From Perkinsus chesapeaki ATCC PRA-425 (taxonomy: Eukaryota > Protista > Perkinsozoa): DNA of 64,000 nucleotides. Below the pieces are notes generated by a model, which saw nothing but the letters and a program-made list of their open reading frames with translations, was not told the DNA's origin and made no database searches. The stretch spans positions 1-64,000 of the forward strand of contig JAAPAO010000056.1 in the NCBI GenBank assembly GCA_013115145.1, given 5' to 3'. Positions within the stretch are counted from its first letter, which is position 1; every line of letters begins with the position of its first letter. Positions 47,706 through 60,942 of the stretch are shown piece after piece. The translations under genes were made by a program, and so were the position numbers.

Positions 47706-49031
47706 TCAGAAATTTTTTATTGCTGAATAGCCACCAACTCCCATGATAACGACAGCTAAAAGTGTCAGGAAGACCAATAGTACAAACTCTGCTGTACGGT
47801 TCTTGAAGACTGCCATGAGCGAGCCTTGATAAGTGAGAGCCCGCATGCGAAGGCAAAGCAGAGCTGGTAAAATCATGGCAATTACAACCATGGTGAAAAC
47901 GCCCAGTATGTCGACTAACTTTTCGACCGATGGAACTACTACAGCCACTATGAGAGTGACTCCAACGAAACAAGTACGAATGACAATCCTCTGTAGAGTG
48001 CTCCGCACAGACGTACTTAACACGTCTACTTTAAAAGCGTATTCGACTGAAGACACGATCGGTAAAAGCATAACGAGGTAGTGTGGAAAACACATAAATA
48101 ATATAGCAATTACCAGACAATAACCCCAAGCATCCAAGGCCTTTCCGGCCGGAGCGATACTATTAATAATCGCATTATTTATCAGACTTCTACCATAACC
48201 GAAGTAGCCACAGCAACCAACTAGAAAGTAAATAACAAAAGTCAGTCCAAGCCCGATTGACGCCACCTTCGGGAACGCACTCGGAGTCCTCATATCGCGG
48301 ATTAGTGTCGGTGTGATGTTAGCTATTTGATAGGCCAATATAGAGTTACCAAAGGACACCGTCCAAGCCAGAATATCTGAGCCTAGCAGGTCATAGGTCA
48401 CATCACCGTGCTCTTCAATGCCTTGCACTATGCCTTGTGCGGCGATGATAACCAGCACGGCAATAATGCCCACCAGACCAAGCGACGATACATAGGTTAT
48501 TTCCTTGAAGGACCTCAACCACGAGAGGGGAGTGCAGACAGCCGCCCAGACGCACGTCCAGGCCTTAGCGGAGATCTGTGGAAAAATCTTCTGTGTATTC
48601 TGACCCAGCAAGAGCAGCATCCCCGAACAGGCCCCGGTCATGGTCACGTGGACAACGAGTAAAGTGATGACCTGCCCGACTCTGCCGTAGCAGACTTTGC
48701 CCAGTTTCTCGTAAGTGTATATAGGTTCCCCGGTAGGATGGATGCTGACTGCGGTATGGAGCTTGCAAACGAGATAATCAGTAATAACGGCTCCTATACA
48801 AAGTATGATAGCACCGCCGATCCACCCACACCGGGCGACCACGCTTGGTAATGATACGATTCCCAAACCTGAAAAAGGTAAACATGAATTGTTTCGCTCC
48901 GCTCAAGACTTACCAATGGCTCCCAGTATAACGTTTATAACCGCGTGCATGTTGCTACATTTCTTACTGGCCTCTGCATCAACTTTCGCCTCAACCGCAT
49001 GGGAAGCATTTCCGACGCTGACGTTGGCCAT
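47706..49031 (-). CDS. Amino acid transporter copy D; exons 49031-48914 and 48868-47706
   Basis: KCSNMHAVINVILGAIG|LGIVSLP; full transmembrane core; most divergent copy with a short N-terminus. Confidence 0.93.
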
Positions 49032-50975
49032 TAAAGGCGCTTAAACGTCGAGAATCCTAGCACACCGTCGACGGACTTTGGCGACCCGAACTCGACTCCG
49101 GGGGCAAAGTGAGAGGCAATTAGTAATTTCAATGACACACAACAACGCCGAGACGCGGTCCCGTCGACTCTGAAGAGTTGAAAACAAAAACATAGACGGC
49201 CGTACAGTCCAGATGCCGCATCCAGGAATTGAACCTGCGCGTCTATACGCCACACCAACAATTCCACTACCCCCTTCCCGTCCGGCCATCTGAGCACAGC
49301 ATTCATAGTTCAGTAACACTGCTATGATGGGCAGGCGAGGTCGATGACGTACTCGGGCTCGAGAAGCTCGCCGTATGTTTCCTGCCGATCGCGCCCGATC
49401 CATCCAGGCTCCGGATAGGTAAGGAAGGTATCTCTTCAAGCATATGATTATGAAGATGGTTATCCTCATTGAATGTCAGTTCTGTCTCGGCTTCCAAGGA
49501 CGCTGCTATGGACGTAGGGGTGTCTCGACTGAGATCAGAACGAAGTGCGGTATGAACCGGTTTACTCATAGCTTCAAATTCACCTATAAATCGAATACAG
49601 ACCACCACCACAACAACAATAACAATGACGTGACTATTGAAATTGCGCCATTCAAAAGTCATTTCCGGCGACCTGAATCAGGCCGTCTTTACAGAACACA
49701 GTGGGACTAACTTAGCAAGCGAGACAGGAGGTTCATGATTGCACTTGACAAGGTCTAAAGATTCCACCAGACCAAGCTTTTACCATCATCTATGCGAGCA
49801 CCCTAACATTACCCAGAGCAGCAACTGTCCGTCACCAGGCCGTCACCGCGTGGCGTGTTATTAGCTGCTTTCCGGCTCACCGCCCGAATTCGCCTTGCAG
49901 CTTGCTTGTAAGAATAAGGTTGAGGTCTGCACCAAGAATCCAGTCGGCAAAAAGCCATCATTCTATTACAGCTTTTGTTTTAAAGAATTATAGGTAGCAC
50001 ACTCCAGCTCCACCCTCGGGCCCAATGTAGCTCTAACTAGTGTGTAGGCAGCTGTGATGTAAACTGAGGAGTCATCATCACAGACAAACATTACTCTAGG
50101 TAAAGGGGCATTGGACGGGTGGGCCGATGCTAACCTGAGCGAGAGGGGGAATATCTATGAAGATTCGAATACGTTACGAATAAGGAAGAGACATTGCAAA
50201 ATACCATAAACTTAATACACTTTTTGCGAATCTATTATTAAACAAAGCAGTCACTATAACAGTAATCCACAATCTCGTACCGTCTTCCGCAAAAAACACT
50301 ACTTTGGATATTCTTCAGAGTGCGATAGTTTCATATTCGATCGTATTTTTAACATGCAAAAGCTCTACACCCCAACCTACGTAATTAGCTCCTGTATTGC
50401 TGAGAGGACAAACTTGCAGCGAGCTGCCTTAGCAGAGGCAGCTGGCTGGAACTTAACTGGATCATCTTGGGCGAGGGAAGTGTAGACGCAATCCACCATT
50501 ACCAGGTTAACATCTAAAATGCATATGACAGAATGCGAAACGTTCGAGCGAGAGGTGAACAGAAGTGTTGATAGAATACTAATAGAAATATAGTAGTAAA
50601 GAGGGAGTGTGAAGATCGATCCGTGGCCATAATTAAGGTAATAATAATGATTAAAAATGTTTATTTGATATTGTCATTTATAATTTATTATATACCAAAC
50701 CGTATAATACCGACAACACCGAAAATTCAGCATGAACTAACTAATCGTATGAAAATTAGTTGAAGTCCGAGCATTGAGGAGCATAGGACAGAGCTAAACA
50801 AGCGAATTTAATGTGTGGTAAGTGGTAATAATAAGGCTCCCGAGAAGGGCTGCTGCACTGGGACCGGCGGCAGAGGCGGGCTACTCGTAAGAGTAATTGA
50901 ACATGACAATATTTATTATAGGATTTTAGTATCGAAATATAGTCGGTTCTTCGAAAACAGCAAATTGCGAAAAGT

Positions 50976-51206
50976 TCATGATAATTTCCTACTAAAATTT
51001 GCAAGGATAAAGGGGAATACAGCCCACTCGAGTCCCAATAGCCATTGACCGAGAAATCCGTGGATACCACACTTAAAATGACTACCATCCCAGTCCTGTA
51101 TAGGAGCTGACGCAGCAGTAACTATCCCACGAAGATGCACACGCTTCCTTAGGGACGTCTCGCGAAGGCTTCTGGCCAGGTAGGAACTGCCGGGATCATT
51201 TGTCAC
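50976..51206 (-). pseudogene. Possible cytochrome-b561-like membrane protein fragment
   Basis: RKRVHL..GSHFKCGIHGFLGQWLLGL has a His spacing reminiscent of b561 haem ligands. Only one fragment is recognisable. Confidence 0.25.
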
Positions 51207-51749
51207 CAGTAGAACTTCGGGACGACGAGATTCGGTATCTGAAAAGCTGCGAACTATGGCCAGCTAGAAGCCCTTTGAAAAAACAAAGAGGGTGATCGAT
51301 GAAAGATTCATTCTAATTAATTCGAAAAGCACGAAAGCCACTACGTGATTAGTCATTATATTAAACCTGCGTAAGGACACTCCGGCGAGGTTTGATTTTT
51401 CCAATTACCTTCAGTGGGCCCAGATACGAGCCATTCAAGGAGGAAGGTCTCAATGATGTTCTGAAGGAAGTCTGTGATTTGGGAAAGTTGCGGTATGATA
51501 AGGAGTAGTAGTGATGCCCAAAACTTAACCCAGTAGGCTGACCAGTAGAATATAGAGTAGAGCCAATAGGTAGCGATTGAGACTACCTGAAGGGAATTAT
51601 TAATATATAAATGTAATAAAGAGGTGACATAGAGGTCTTATTTTTAAAATATTAATGTAAATACAGTGAATATATAAGCAGCTCTCCAACATAAGGAGCT
51701 TACAGAGGTAGCCCATCTAGCCATTACTTCAATTAAGGACGTATCATGG

Positions 51750-52290
51750 CTGAGGAACTGACACAAGTAGCATCTTAGGACCAATGTAAGGCTGAACCTA
51801 CGTCTCTCGAACTTATATAGGCATCAACCACAATCTGCTCAACGCATCTTTTGCCCGAGAACAAATCGATAATCTCAGTGGGGAAGATTCCCTTACAAAG
51901 GAGGCCCCAAAAGGATGGGGACGAACTCTGGGAAGAGGACGTCATTTATAGAGACAAACTGCATAGGCAGGCGCTATTTTGATGAGAATCTGCGGAAATG
52001 TGGTATGAATATCCTGCAATGAGGCGACAAAGAAGCCCTATTCGGCAGAAACCTTAGGAAAATGCCAAAACATGAATGGGCTCCGAAGTCAGTGAAGAAA
52101 TAACTTTTCCTAATCGCAAGCAATCAACATTGATTCCAATTGGGCCTGCAAAGTAAGGTGCCAGTAATTGCCCAACGAACCACTTCGCAAACGTGTTATT
52201 CATTTTAGGAAGGTTACTAATTTTTGTCCAGACCGAGTAGACCACTGGCGGCAGTCCCCTAGACACTCACAAGTTTTCTGTAGTAATCGG
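51750..52290 (-). pseudogene. Possible hot-dog-fold/DUF4442-like thioesterase remnant
   Basis: VWTKISNLP..FAKWFVGQLLAPYFAGPIGINVDCLRLG resembles the DUF4442 N-terminus. Downstream frames contain stops. Confidence 0.3.
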
Positions 52291-53063
52291 CGGCTTGATG
52301 AGAACGGAGAGCGCTAATCAACTTTTTGATAGAATACAAAGCCATAGAGTAATAATTCTAGTTCAGATTAACAAAAGGCACGTGTGGGCCCAAAAGGTGT
52401 AAAGGTATTGCCGAAAAATATGCGGAAATGATTCCCTATGGTCGATGAAAGGAAAATATAGGCAATTTTCAAATAGGGTTAGAGCATGTATCACAATCGG
52501 CTGCCCTCATCAAACGCAGAAATAGCTTGAGAAGATGAACGTTCGGAGACACGAACTATCTGTGACCGAGGCGAGCTACAGTACCATTTAAAACCCGGTG
52601 TGATGAGTAGGCGAAGGTTCGAATCCAGGCGAGAGTATTTTTCCTTGGAAAATAGCAGCAGCGCCTTTTGGCGATGGTAGATCTTGCCGAAGGTTTTTGA
52701 GTACTGCGAAAGCAGACCAACTTTAATGCATTTTGAGCTTGCCCGGAGGGTCCCTAGAATGTATCCTAATATTGGCGGTATCTCACGAAGGCTCCGAAAA
52801 GTGGTGATCGAAGTGATGATGATTTCGTGAAGTGTTTTCGGCATCCTACGGTGATTACAAATTATAATTTTTGATTAAAACGAGCCGGCTATAACAGTAC
52901 AATAACAGTCGAATGATATAAGCTTTAATCAACGCGGGTCGCTACTTACCATTTACTGGCCTTTTCAAGACTACCGTCGTTAACGTCTTCCAAATGAGCT
53001 CTGGAGAATCTTTACACTCTTCGAGCTAAGATACTTCTTCTCAGGCTGTTACTTTGTGATTTG

Positions 53064-55832
53064 ATGGCTGCTCCGAGGACATATAAAGTTACCAGAGAAG
53101 TCGTCCATCTTTTGGCCGGGAAGATGATTCGTGACGGTCGCACTGTAAGGCAGCAAACGGTATCTTGGGTCGGAGCTGGTGTTCAAAGATCTGCTCGGCA
53201 TATCATAGTCAAACTCTGGACTTTTCTGACCCGGACGCCCGTCAGGATTTTCCGAAATTTGCCAGCAACTACTGGCGTTGTAACTCCGTATAACTCGACC
53301 GAAGAGGCACATCGAATGTTCTCAGAAGGAGATTCATTTAATGTCTCCTTCTGGTCTACGTTCTGAGCTTTATAGCGAAAATTCCGTTGTGTCTTTTCCT
53401 CATTAGGGAAACTTTTTCATCCCAAAGATCACACTACTGTGAGACTAGACTCGCCAGAACCTTCGAAATGGCGATGGCTTCCCAGGTGACCCCGGACGAC
53501 CGTCGTGGAATGCTCCGTCTAGTTGAATGTGATGATGGTTGCATGCGAGTTGAGTTTGTCATACGGTAATATAAGAAAATACCACAAAGTAAGATAGGAA
53601 TCTTTGTCAGATCGGATGGAAATGATGTTGATTCAACGACACCTGAGGAATCTTTCGTGGCTGATAAGGGCGACAAGTAACCTCTGGGGTATCTTAGCCC
53701 TCGGTCAGTTTATCCTCGGCTTGCTGTTGTCGAGTCTCGAAAGAAGCGGGTTGTCAAAAAACTACGGCAGATTTTCCTCCCAAAGAATTTTACTATTACT
53801 ACGAGAACGTCAAAATGCATCTTGTCGAGCAGATACACAGAGATTCGCTAAATTAACTCTTCCCCCAGAATTGGCGTCTGTGAATGGGTATCATTTCAGA
53901 TTGGACCCTGTCCCGCAGTGCACCACCGGTAGAGTATATGTGCTCCGAGTGAAGGATGAGAAGCATCTGTAGGTTATATGTTCCCCTCCTCCTCCTCCGG
54001 TACGTGATCTCATCGATAGGTATTGGATGCAAGCTGAGGATGATACAGATGAAGCTAGACTAGTTGTTAAATTCAATAAGGCTCTTGATAGGGCGCAGAG
54101 TGAGCCTGATCAGGAGGATGCTGTGATGGAAGGTAGGTTCGGTGGTGCATGCTCAACTAATAGTAATTGGAATCCGAGGAGAACCCTCGTTAGAAATAAA
54201 GCAACTCCTTATGTCTTTCGAATTCGGCTGTTGCCTGTCTTAGTCTTGCAATATCCCTCGCCTCAGATGCTGCCCCACCACCTCCCACTAGCGCGCCGTT
54301 CCCGTCTAGGTGAGCTCTCAGATATCTTCATCTCCCCTATTTAATCTTAGGTCTACATCTTCCCGACCTCGGAGGACATCAGGGCCTAGTGCCGTTGAAA
54401 GGATACTAGGAGCCGATGTGGCTGAGGATTTCAGGCCTACCGAAGAACAGTAGGAAGGGAGGGGTTGTGAGCGAGGTGGGTTGTACTCTGTTTGGGACTT
54501 GTTCTTATCACACACGAAAAGTGTGTATGTTACTACGGAAATCTTTTAATATATATTCCTTAACCTTAAGACAGTAAGAAGGCAAAGAAGAACATCAGGT
54601 ATTCTCTTTTGGAGCTTTTTTCGGTCTAGGGAATTATTTCCCAGAGAAATTTCCATTGTTACGATGAATGTTCATTAGGAACATCTCTGATTAACACGTT
54701 TCCATGAGGGCAGATGAGTCCCTGTTCGAAATTTCGCTGAAGTCGGGACTCCGATAATGCACGATATAATCCACAGGGCGCTAATTTTCTAGGTATCATG
54801 CTCAGGTTCGCCCAGGCCGCCGCGTTTTGGATCCTGTCGCACCAACTAGAAGAAGCTGGAGTCCGTGTTCGCCCTAGGGTAGTAGTACAGGGGAACTTGA
54901 AGCGTGTGATAGTGGGTATCGTTGCGCATGCGTGCAGAACGCAGCATACGGTTATTGTTTTTCCTTCCTTCAGATACACCCAACGCCTCTAAGGAACGTA
55001 TTAACCAAGGAAGTTCTATTGAAGCTAGCTGGAGACGATGATTGTAATATATGAACGGGAAACGAGATTTTACTGTTGCCGGATTAGGCAGTAAACAGTT
55101 GAAGGAGCAGATACCAGAGGAGCATAGTTTAGAAGATACTATAACAAGTGTACAGCTTAGTCAGGCAATGGGGAGAATGGATGAGGCGATGTAATGATGA
55201 TAGGAGGGGCGGGGTGATGGGTGGTGTATAAATTATAATAATATGCGTTGTTCGGCGAAGGATGTGCTGTCCCTCGACTTCGTATTATGAAAGTAAACCG
55301 CTTACAATGCACCACTTTCTATCTTTTCCAGTCATTTGATGTGATATCCTCGGTCCCTTTGAGGCATGCCTTCACTTTAATTTTTCATTGTTTCACTTAT
55401 TTCTGAAGGTGATATATAAAATAACAAGTCTCTCGGTAAATATACAAACCATATACTATCTTTGTATCCTTTTTTTATACATGAACTTTTATAGTATTAT
55501 TATATGCCATCGGATATAGTATTATTAAATAGCACTGTATTAGAGTGAGCAGTCGTATACATAATAATTACCACGTCAAGAGAGAGTTTATGGTATTGTA
55601 TTTCCATCATTAGTTACTCTGAGAATGTCCTGGCTCTGTTCCAGGCCCTTGAGTTGGACCCTACAGTACTGGACACCAATCCCGACCGTAAGTGGTACAT
55701 TATTATTTCGCTTATATGTCCGCTTTATCAGCTTTCCAATGTCTTTGCGAAGCTCTTGAAAAAAAGTATAAAAAGGAAGGTGGCTCTTCCGGCGCTGATA
55801 AAGAAGATGAGGAGATGCCGAGTGCTGAATGA
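53064..55832 (+). CDS. RPN13: Proteasome ubiquitin receptor Rpn13/ADRM1 (Pru + DEUBAD)
   Basis: Spliced Pru domain HLLAGKMIRDGRT|VTPDDRRG..VPQCTTGRVYVL..L|YWMQ (exons 53064-53144, 53486-53565, 53611-53676, 53900-53968, 54020-54132). C-terminal exons LRNVLTKE, LKEQIPEEHSLEDTITSVQLSQAM and DPFQCLCEALEKKY fit the UCH37-binding domain. Middle exons are unresolved. Confidence 0.9.
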
Positions 55833-56519
55833 ATAAAGTGTTTCTAGTACCATGTCTTGAGTAAAGTCACGCATCCGGTGGAGTTGGCCCGCCCCAGTAT
55901 TTCAGACTTGTCTTGGTGGATGGTCGTTGGTCCAGTATGCGGCGTGTGTATTTAGGTACGGAGCACCACTGTGTCTCCTGGAGAACCGGTGTCCTCGAGT
56001 AGCCATCGGGTTATAACAAATAAGAGTAAGGGGGGTAGGAAATGACTCGTGCTCTTATCTCCTTGGATCCTGAGGAAGCAAATCCTATAGTATAACCGTC
56101 TTCCGAGGTATCTTCTGGGTTCATCATCTGACAAGGTCAGGTTTTGATTTCATGGTCGGGTGTTGTTTTTTCCAAACGACAAAATCGGGATTACGTTTTA
56201 GCACCAGAACCGTACTGTAGGTTTTAGTACATTATTATTATATCCTGAGAGAAGGGTATAATCATTGAAAATGAATTTATGTATCTATTATGTAAATTAT
56301 TTGAATGTATTATTGAGCATTAATATACTATTGACTGTAATACTAAATGTACTTCTTCCACCAGGCTATACATGCTTTTATCAGCGTGGTTGAAGGATAT
56401 AGTGCTACCTATAAAATGCTAACTAATGAATATGTATACTGTATTTATAATTAAAACTACTAAGATATGTCCATGTATGGATATCCAACAAGGTATCTCA
56501 CTATTTTTTTGCGATTCAC

Positions 56520-57811
56520 GGTTCAAGCATATGCGGCCGAGAATAATGATTCGGATTCGGAATGTTGATTTCGAACCTGAGAACCACCCGGGATAAACCA
56601 CAGATAACTGCTCATTGTCAGATCTCATGGTCTGTGATGGCATGGAAAACTTAACGTGGAAGCTCAGAGTCAGTAACCTAGGCCTTTGAATCGATTAAAT
56701 GTCAAGGTTCAGATTCGGGAATCAATGTCGCGCGTCTCACAGACATATATGACTCAGATATCAAGATGGATGCGTGGATCGGGTCTCGCATCCCTCTCTC
56801 CCTGTTATCAGCTCAACAATGTTAATAATATCAAACCAGATACTCTTTGGCTATAGTCTACCAGACCAAGCTACTATTGGCTAAAAAGGCCAGTGGAGAT
56901 AAAAACAGTCTGAACGAGCCGGCTTATGCTCTGAAGAGAGCAATGCTGGCGCCGAGGCTGGGTATATGAGCGTGGATCTCCTGAGGCTTCTCGCTCGAGA
57001 AATCAAACTCCGAACCTGAAAAAGCGCTTGCTGCTTAATCAGCGCTGCTGATTAAGGACTCGTTATCTGACTCACCTTCCAGGTATGTACCATTGGTCAT
57101 GCCAGTTAAACTGGTTAAGTGCTCTCCATCAAACTCGTACCCTATACCCCACTCACGGTGCGCCTTTGTGCCATTACCCGCGATGATCCTGAAAATGAGC
57201 AGCTTCGTAGAAGGACTGCTCCGGGGAGTCCTACACTTCCTGGACGGCATAAGAGAAGCGATCGAACGTTATAGTGATCTTAGTGCCGCTATCAGTGGTC
57301 TCACCGGCGAAGGTACCAACAGGAAATGTCGGGTCTGAAATGCAAGTAGGCAGACTGAATGCAAAGACTTGTTGGAATTAGGAAGAGAAAGAACTTGTCA
57401 TCATGGGGCATTTTGTGTCCTCACCTCCACATATGATAGGGAACACTTTACGCTTCTTGTCAGAAGCGCGCTTCTTCTTGGAGTATCTAACGTCTGCCCA
57501 CCTGCGACGGATGATTCTGTACCTATCATCAAAGAAGTACTCAATGGCAGTACAGAGATGGATGCCAACTCACAGATTCTCGCAGACTGGGGCAGCGGTT
57601 GAGCTTTCCAGACAACGAGACGTACGGGAGCCACATCTAGCTTCGCCCTTACACACTAAGTTGCAGAACATCTAAACAGAAAGTACACCCTGGACGCTTC
57701 CACTGGCGGAATGTAGCTTACATCCCCGTCCGAAGCGCCAACTGTCCAGATTATGACCAAAATACTGAAGGTCATTATAGTTATCAGGCGACCGCTCTGG
57801 ACTTGACTCAT
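56520..57811 (-). CDS. Uncharacterised secreted protein, paralog X1 (multi-exon; 3' end approximate)
   Basis: Leader MSQVQSGRLITIMTFSILVIIWTVGASDGD|GTAAGC; exons FPVGTFAG..ITITFDRFS and HREWGIGYEFDGEHLTSLTG are homologous to X2. Confidence 0.6.
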
Positions 57812-58238
57812 TTTTTAGAAGTATGGAAATACCGAACAAAGCTATTCTTAGATTCCTCATATGCACGCGAGCACAAACCCAACGCGTGCGTAACTGCTAC
57901 GGACTAGACTGTTACTGGCGCAGTGGGTCCCCAAGTTCGGAACGGGTTCGATCGTCACTGAAGCCGACCGCTCGCGCTTTAGGTCTCACGTTATTATTCG
58001 TCTGTTGTAGGCTCTATCAGTACTGTTTGATCATCACACCAATAAGATTGTGACATTTTTGCAGACATGGGCGACACGTGTCTCTTACTTGCCAGCAGCC
58101 TATTTCAACATCTCTTCGCAAGAACTGCTTTCTGAGCGATAAGGACCTATTATACGAGGCAGTTCAAAGGGCATGACAGGTTTCAAGAGGTATTGTCGTG
58201 TCGCAAGGTGTTTGCTCTTTGATTAGTCCTCAATCTTT

Positions 58239-59883
58239 AGTAGCGGGAAATCCGAAATTCGAATGTCTTCTCGAGTATTCGAACCTTCGTATCCTCATTG
58301 GCGAAGCTCAAAGTTTGTTCTTGAGGAAACCCGAGATGGATCCTAAGTGAGAAGTCCCGCGACCTACAAGCATCAACTCCGTATTACTATGGCATTCGCG
58401 GACCTTAACCCCATTTCCCTCGAATTTGAGGCCCTTAACGGGCCGTTAACTTCCCAACCTACTATCTGTGTTACTGGCTAACTTTCAACGTGTTATATTT
58501 TACGATGGCGGTTCTACTGTTTTGGGGAATGTGGATGGATCGTGGAGAAACTTAGTGCATTTGGTTCTGATTTCAGCTGGTGAAAGTCAGCCCCCATCCC
58601 CGGTCTCCTGATACAGCTGTAGGTACTGAAAAACCTATATCCACTCGGTCGTTACCTAGCGGTTAAGTGGCGGTATTTGTTTGGGCTGGAAGTAAGTAGG
58701 GCAAGGGTCTGGAATGATCCGTATTCTAGTTTGCTCATCATGCCAGGCTCCGCAGTGCGGGGTCCGCACTGCGGGATGGTATTCGTCTCACTGAAATTTG
58801 CGCAACAATGGTAAAGTAATAAACGTAATAACAATCTTGTTAATCTAGGGTCACGGTCTACTAGGCCGCCACATCATTATCTAAAGAGTATATGGGGATG
58901 AGTTGGGATGCTTGGAGCAGCCGGCTTATTGCTTAACCATCGTCTCGTTGTAGGCGAAGGCCGGGATATAGGCGTGGATCTGCTTTGGGTTCCCTTGTGA
59001 GAAGAAGAACTGTGAGCCTGAACAAGGAAACACTATAAATATGTCGCTTCATTAAACAAGACCGAAACCGCTGAGGCTATATCATAAACTCACCATTGAA
59101 GTACGCATAACCTTCACGGTCGTGGAAGCCGCTAAAATTGGTGATGTAGTTTCCGCTAGTCGCGTAGCCTATCCCTGTATCACGGTACACTTCTTCGCCG
59201 TAGAACTCCATGGTCCTGAAATGAGACCCAACTTGGGTCACCCGAGGCATGCTCGGCTCATTCAAGGAGCCTCGTTGCGCTGAGAGTCCGTCCTTACACA
59301 AAATCTATCCCACGAGAGTAGTGATCAAACTTCATTGTTATGCGGATCATGTCCTTGATGTTGGGGTCGAAAGGATCAGCCATTAGTCCGATGAAAGTGC
59401 CAATCGGAAAGACCGGACCTGCAAGGGGAGGAGGCACACGGTACAGCCACAAATGCGTAGAGACCACGAAAACCAGTTGAGCTTGAGCATGACAATTGTG
59501 ATTCATACCTCCACACGGAATGCGATAGACTCCACTGTACTTGGACATGTCTTGGACGGAATACAAAGTGTATGGATTCTCGGCAGGGAAGACTCTGTAC
59601 CTAGCTGGTCCAGCATTACTCGATGGCGGGGTGATGAGAGGCTATCAACGCACAGGTTCTCGCAAGATGGGATCGATGAGAGGTTGGTTAGACAGCGGGA
59701 GCCCGGACAGCCGCTAGCCTGCTTGCATATGTAGTCGCAAAAGACCTGAATAGGAATTGTGGGTCCATTGTGCGCCTTGCCCTGGCACTGGACGCTTACA
59801 TCCCCTGGAGCAGCGGTTCCTGTCCAACAGATGACCAGAATCGGGAAGACGATTGTTAGTTGGGCACTTGGGACTGAACGCAT
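58239..59883 (-). CDS. Uncharacterised secreted protein, paralog X2 (multi-exon; 3' end approximate)
   Basis: Leader MRSVPSAQLTIVFPILVICWTGTAAPGD|GTAAGC; exons FPIGTFIG..ITMKFDHYS and YRDTGIGYATSGNYITNFSG. Confidence 0.6.
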
Positions 59884-60182
59884 CGTATTCAACAACTGAA
59901 GATCGACTAGTGGTCGCAGCCTAATAGGATTGAGCGTGAACCTGGCTGAGCCAGGGTGGCTACGTATTCGATAATTATGGATCCTCATAGAGATAATCCC
60001 ACCTAGTCGCGCAATTAACAGAATTACGTCACCGCAGCTAAAAGGTGTACGCATGCGCGATCGTCAAGATCTCAGGTTTTTTCCCGGGAAAATGATCGAT
60101 CGACATTCAAGGCATGACATGTTAAGTAATCCAGTACAGCTCAAGAGTAGTGATACCACGATGGTCATCTTGTCACTCAACG

Positions 60183-60905
60183 TCAACATGACTGGGGCAC
60201 GAACCGCCACCATTTTCCCCTTATAACATCGCTCGTGTGGTCTCTTGCGATTCGGGACAGCAACATCATTATAATATCATCATATGGTACACTAAGACGT
60301 ATACCGACTAAGCTCGGAAGTATATTAGCATATGGGTTTGCAGTACTATCAGCCCGATATAGCACGTGAGCCATTTACGTGTATCCTCAACTTGCCGTGT
60401 ACGTGCGAATTTGGTGCACCCGGAGCCGCACCCGTCAGTCACCATCTGTGACGCCATGAGGTTGGGCCAGATGCGACCGCCCCATTGCTTAGCGCAGGGT
60501 AGCGCAACGGCGGTGCTCATCACAGTCCGTCGTACCTTATGGGGAATCTCATCGATATAAGGTCTAAATACATAGGTTGTCAAATACGGTGAATGTATTT
60601 AATGCATCGCGTATTTAAGGCAGAAACCGTTCCCCTGGGTTCCGGGGAATCCCGAATGTTGAAAGGCCACGTATGCACGTGAGGTCGCATGGAGAAAATG
60701 AATGAAGTTTCATCGGCCACCTGGATGCTTGTACCGCATGGCATGTTGAACCTTCGCCAATGATAGCCGATATGGTCAGAAAATCCGTAATTAGGGCTAT
60801 ATTCGAATTCCGGTAGGGCGAAATACTAGCCGCCTCAACGGAGGACTCTATACATGCGCTTCTATGGGAGATTTGTTCTTCTTGTTGTTGCTGAGAAAGG
60901 GACAT
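60183..60905 (-). CDS. Possible small gene or remnant (weak lysine-methyltransferase-like motifs)
   Basis: ATG ORF MSLSQQQQEEQ..; downstream frame IDEIPHK..QWGGRIWP..GCGSG. The spacing is shorter than in Methyltransf_16. Confidence 0.25.
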
Positions 60906-60942
60906 GCGATAGAGAGGGGCCGATTATTTCAGTATTTTGACA

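Noticed and set aside
52616-52626. GGTTCGAATCC tRNA T-loop-like motif
   Set aside because: Flanks do not form a T-stem or cloverleaf. The D-arm-like string near 4733-4752 also lacks the rest of a tRNA.
60720-60780. 'IIGEGSTCHAV', kinase glycine-loop-like, on the minus strand
   Set aside because: No downstream VAIK, HRD or DFG motifs.
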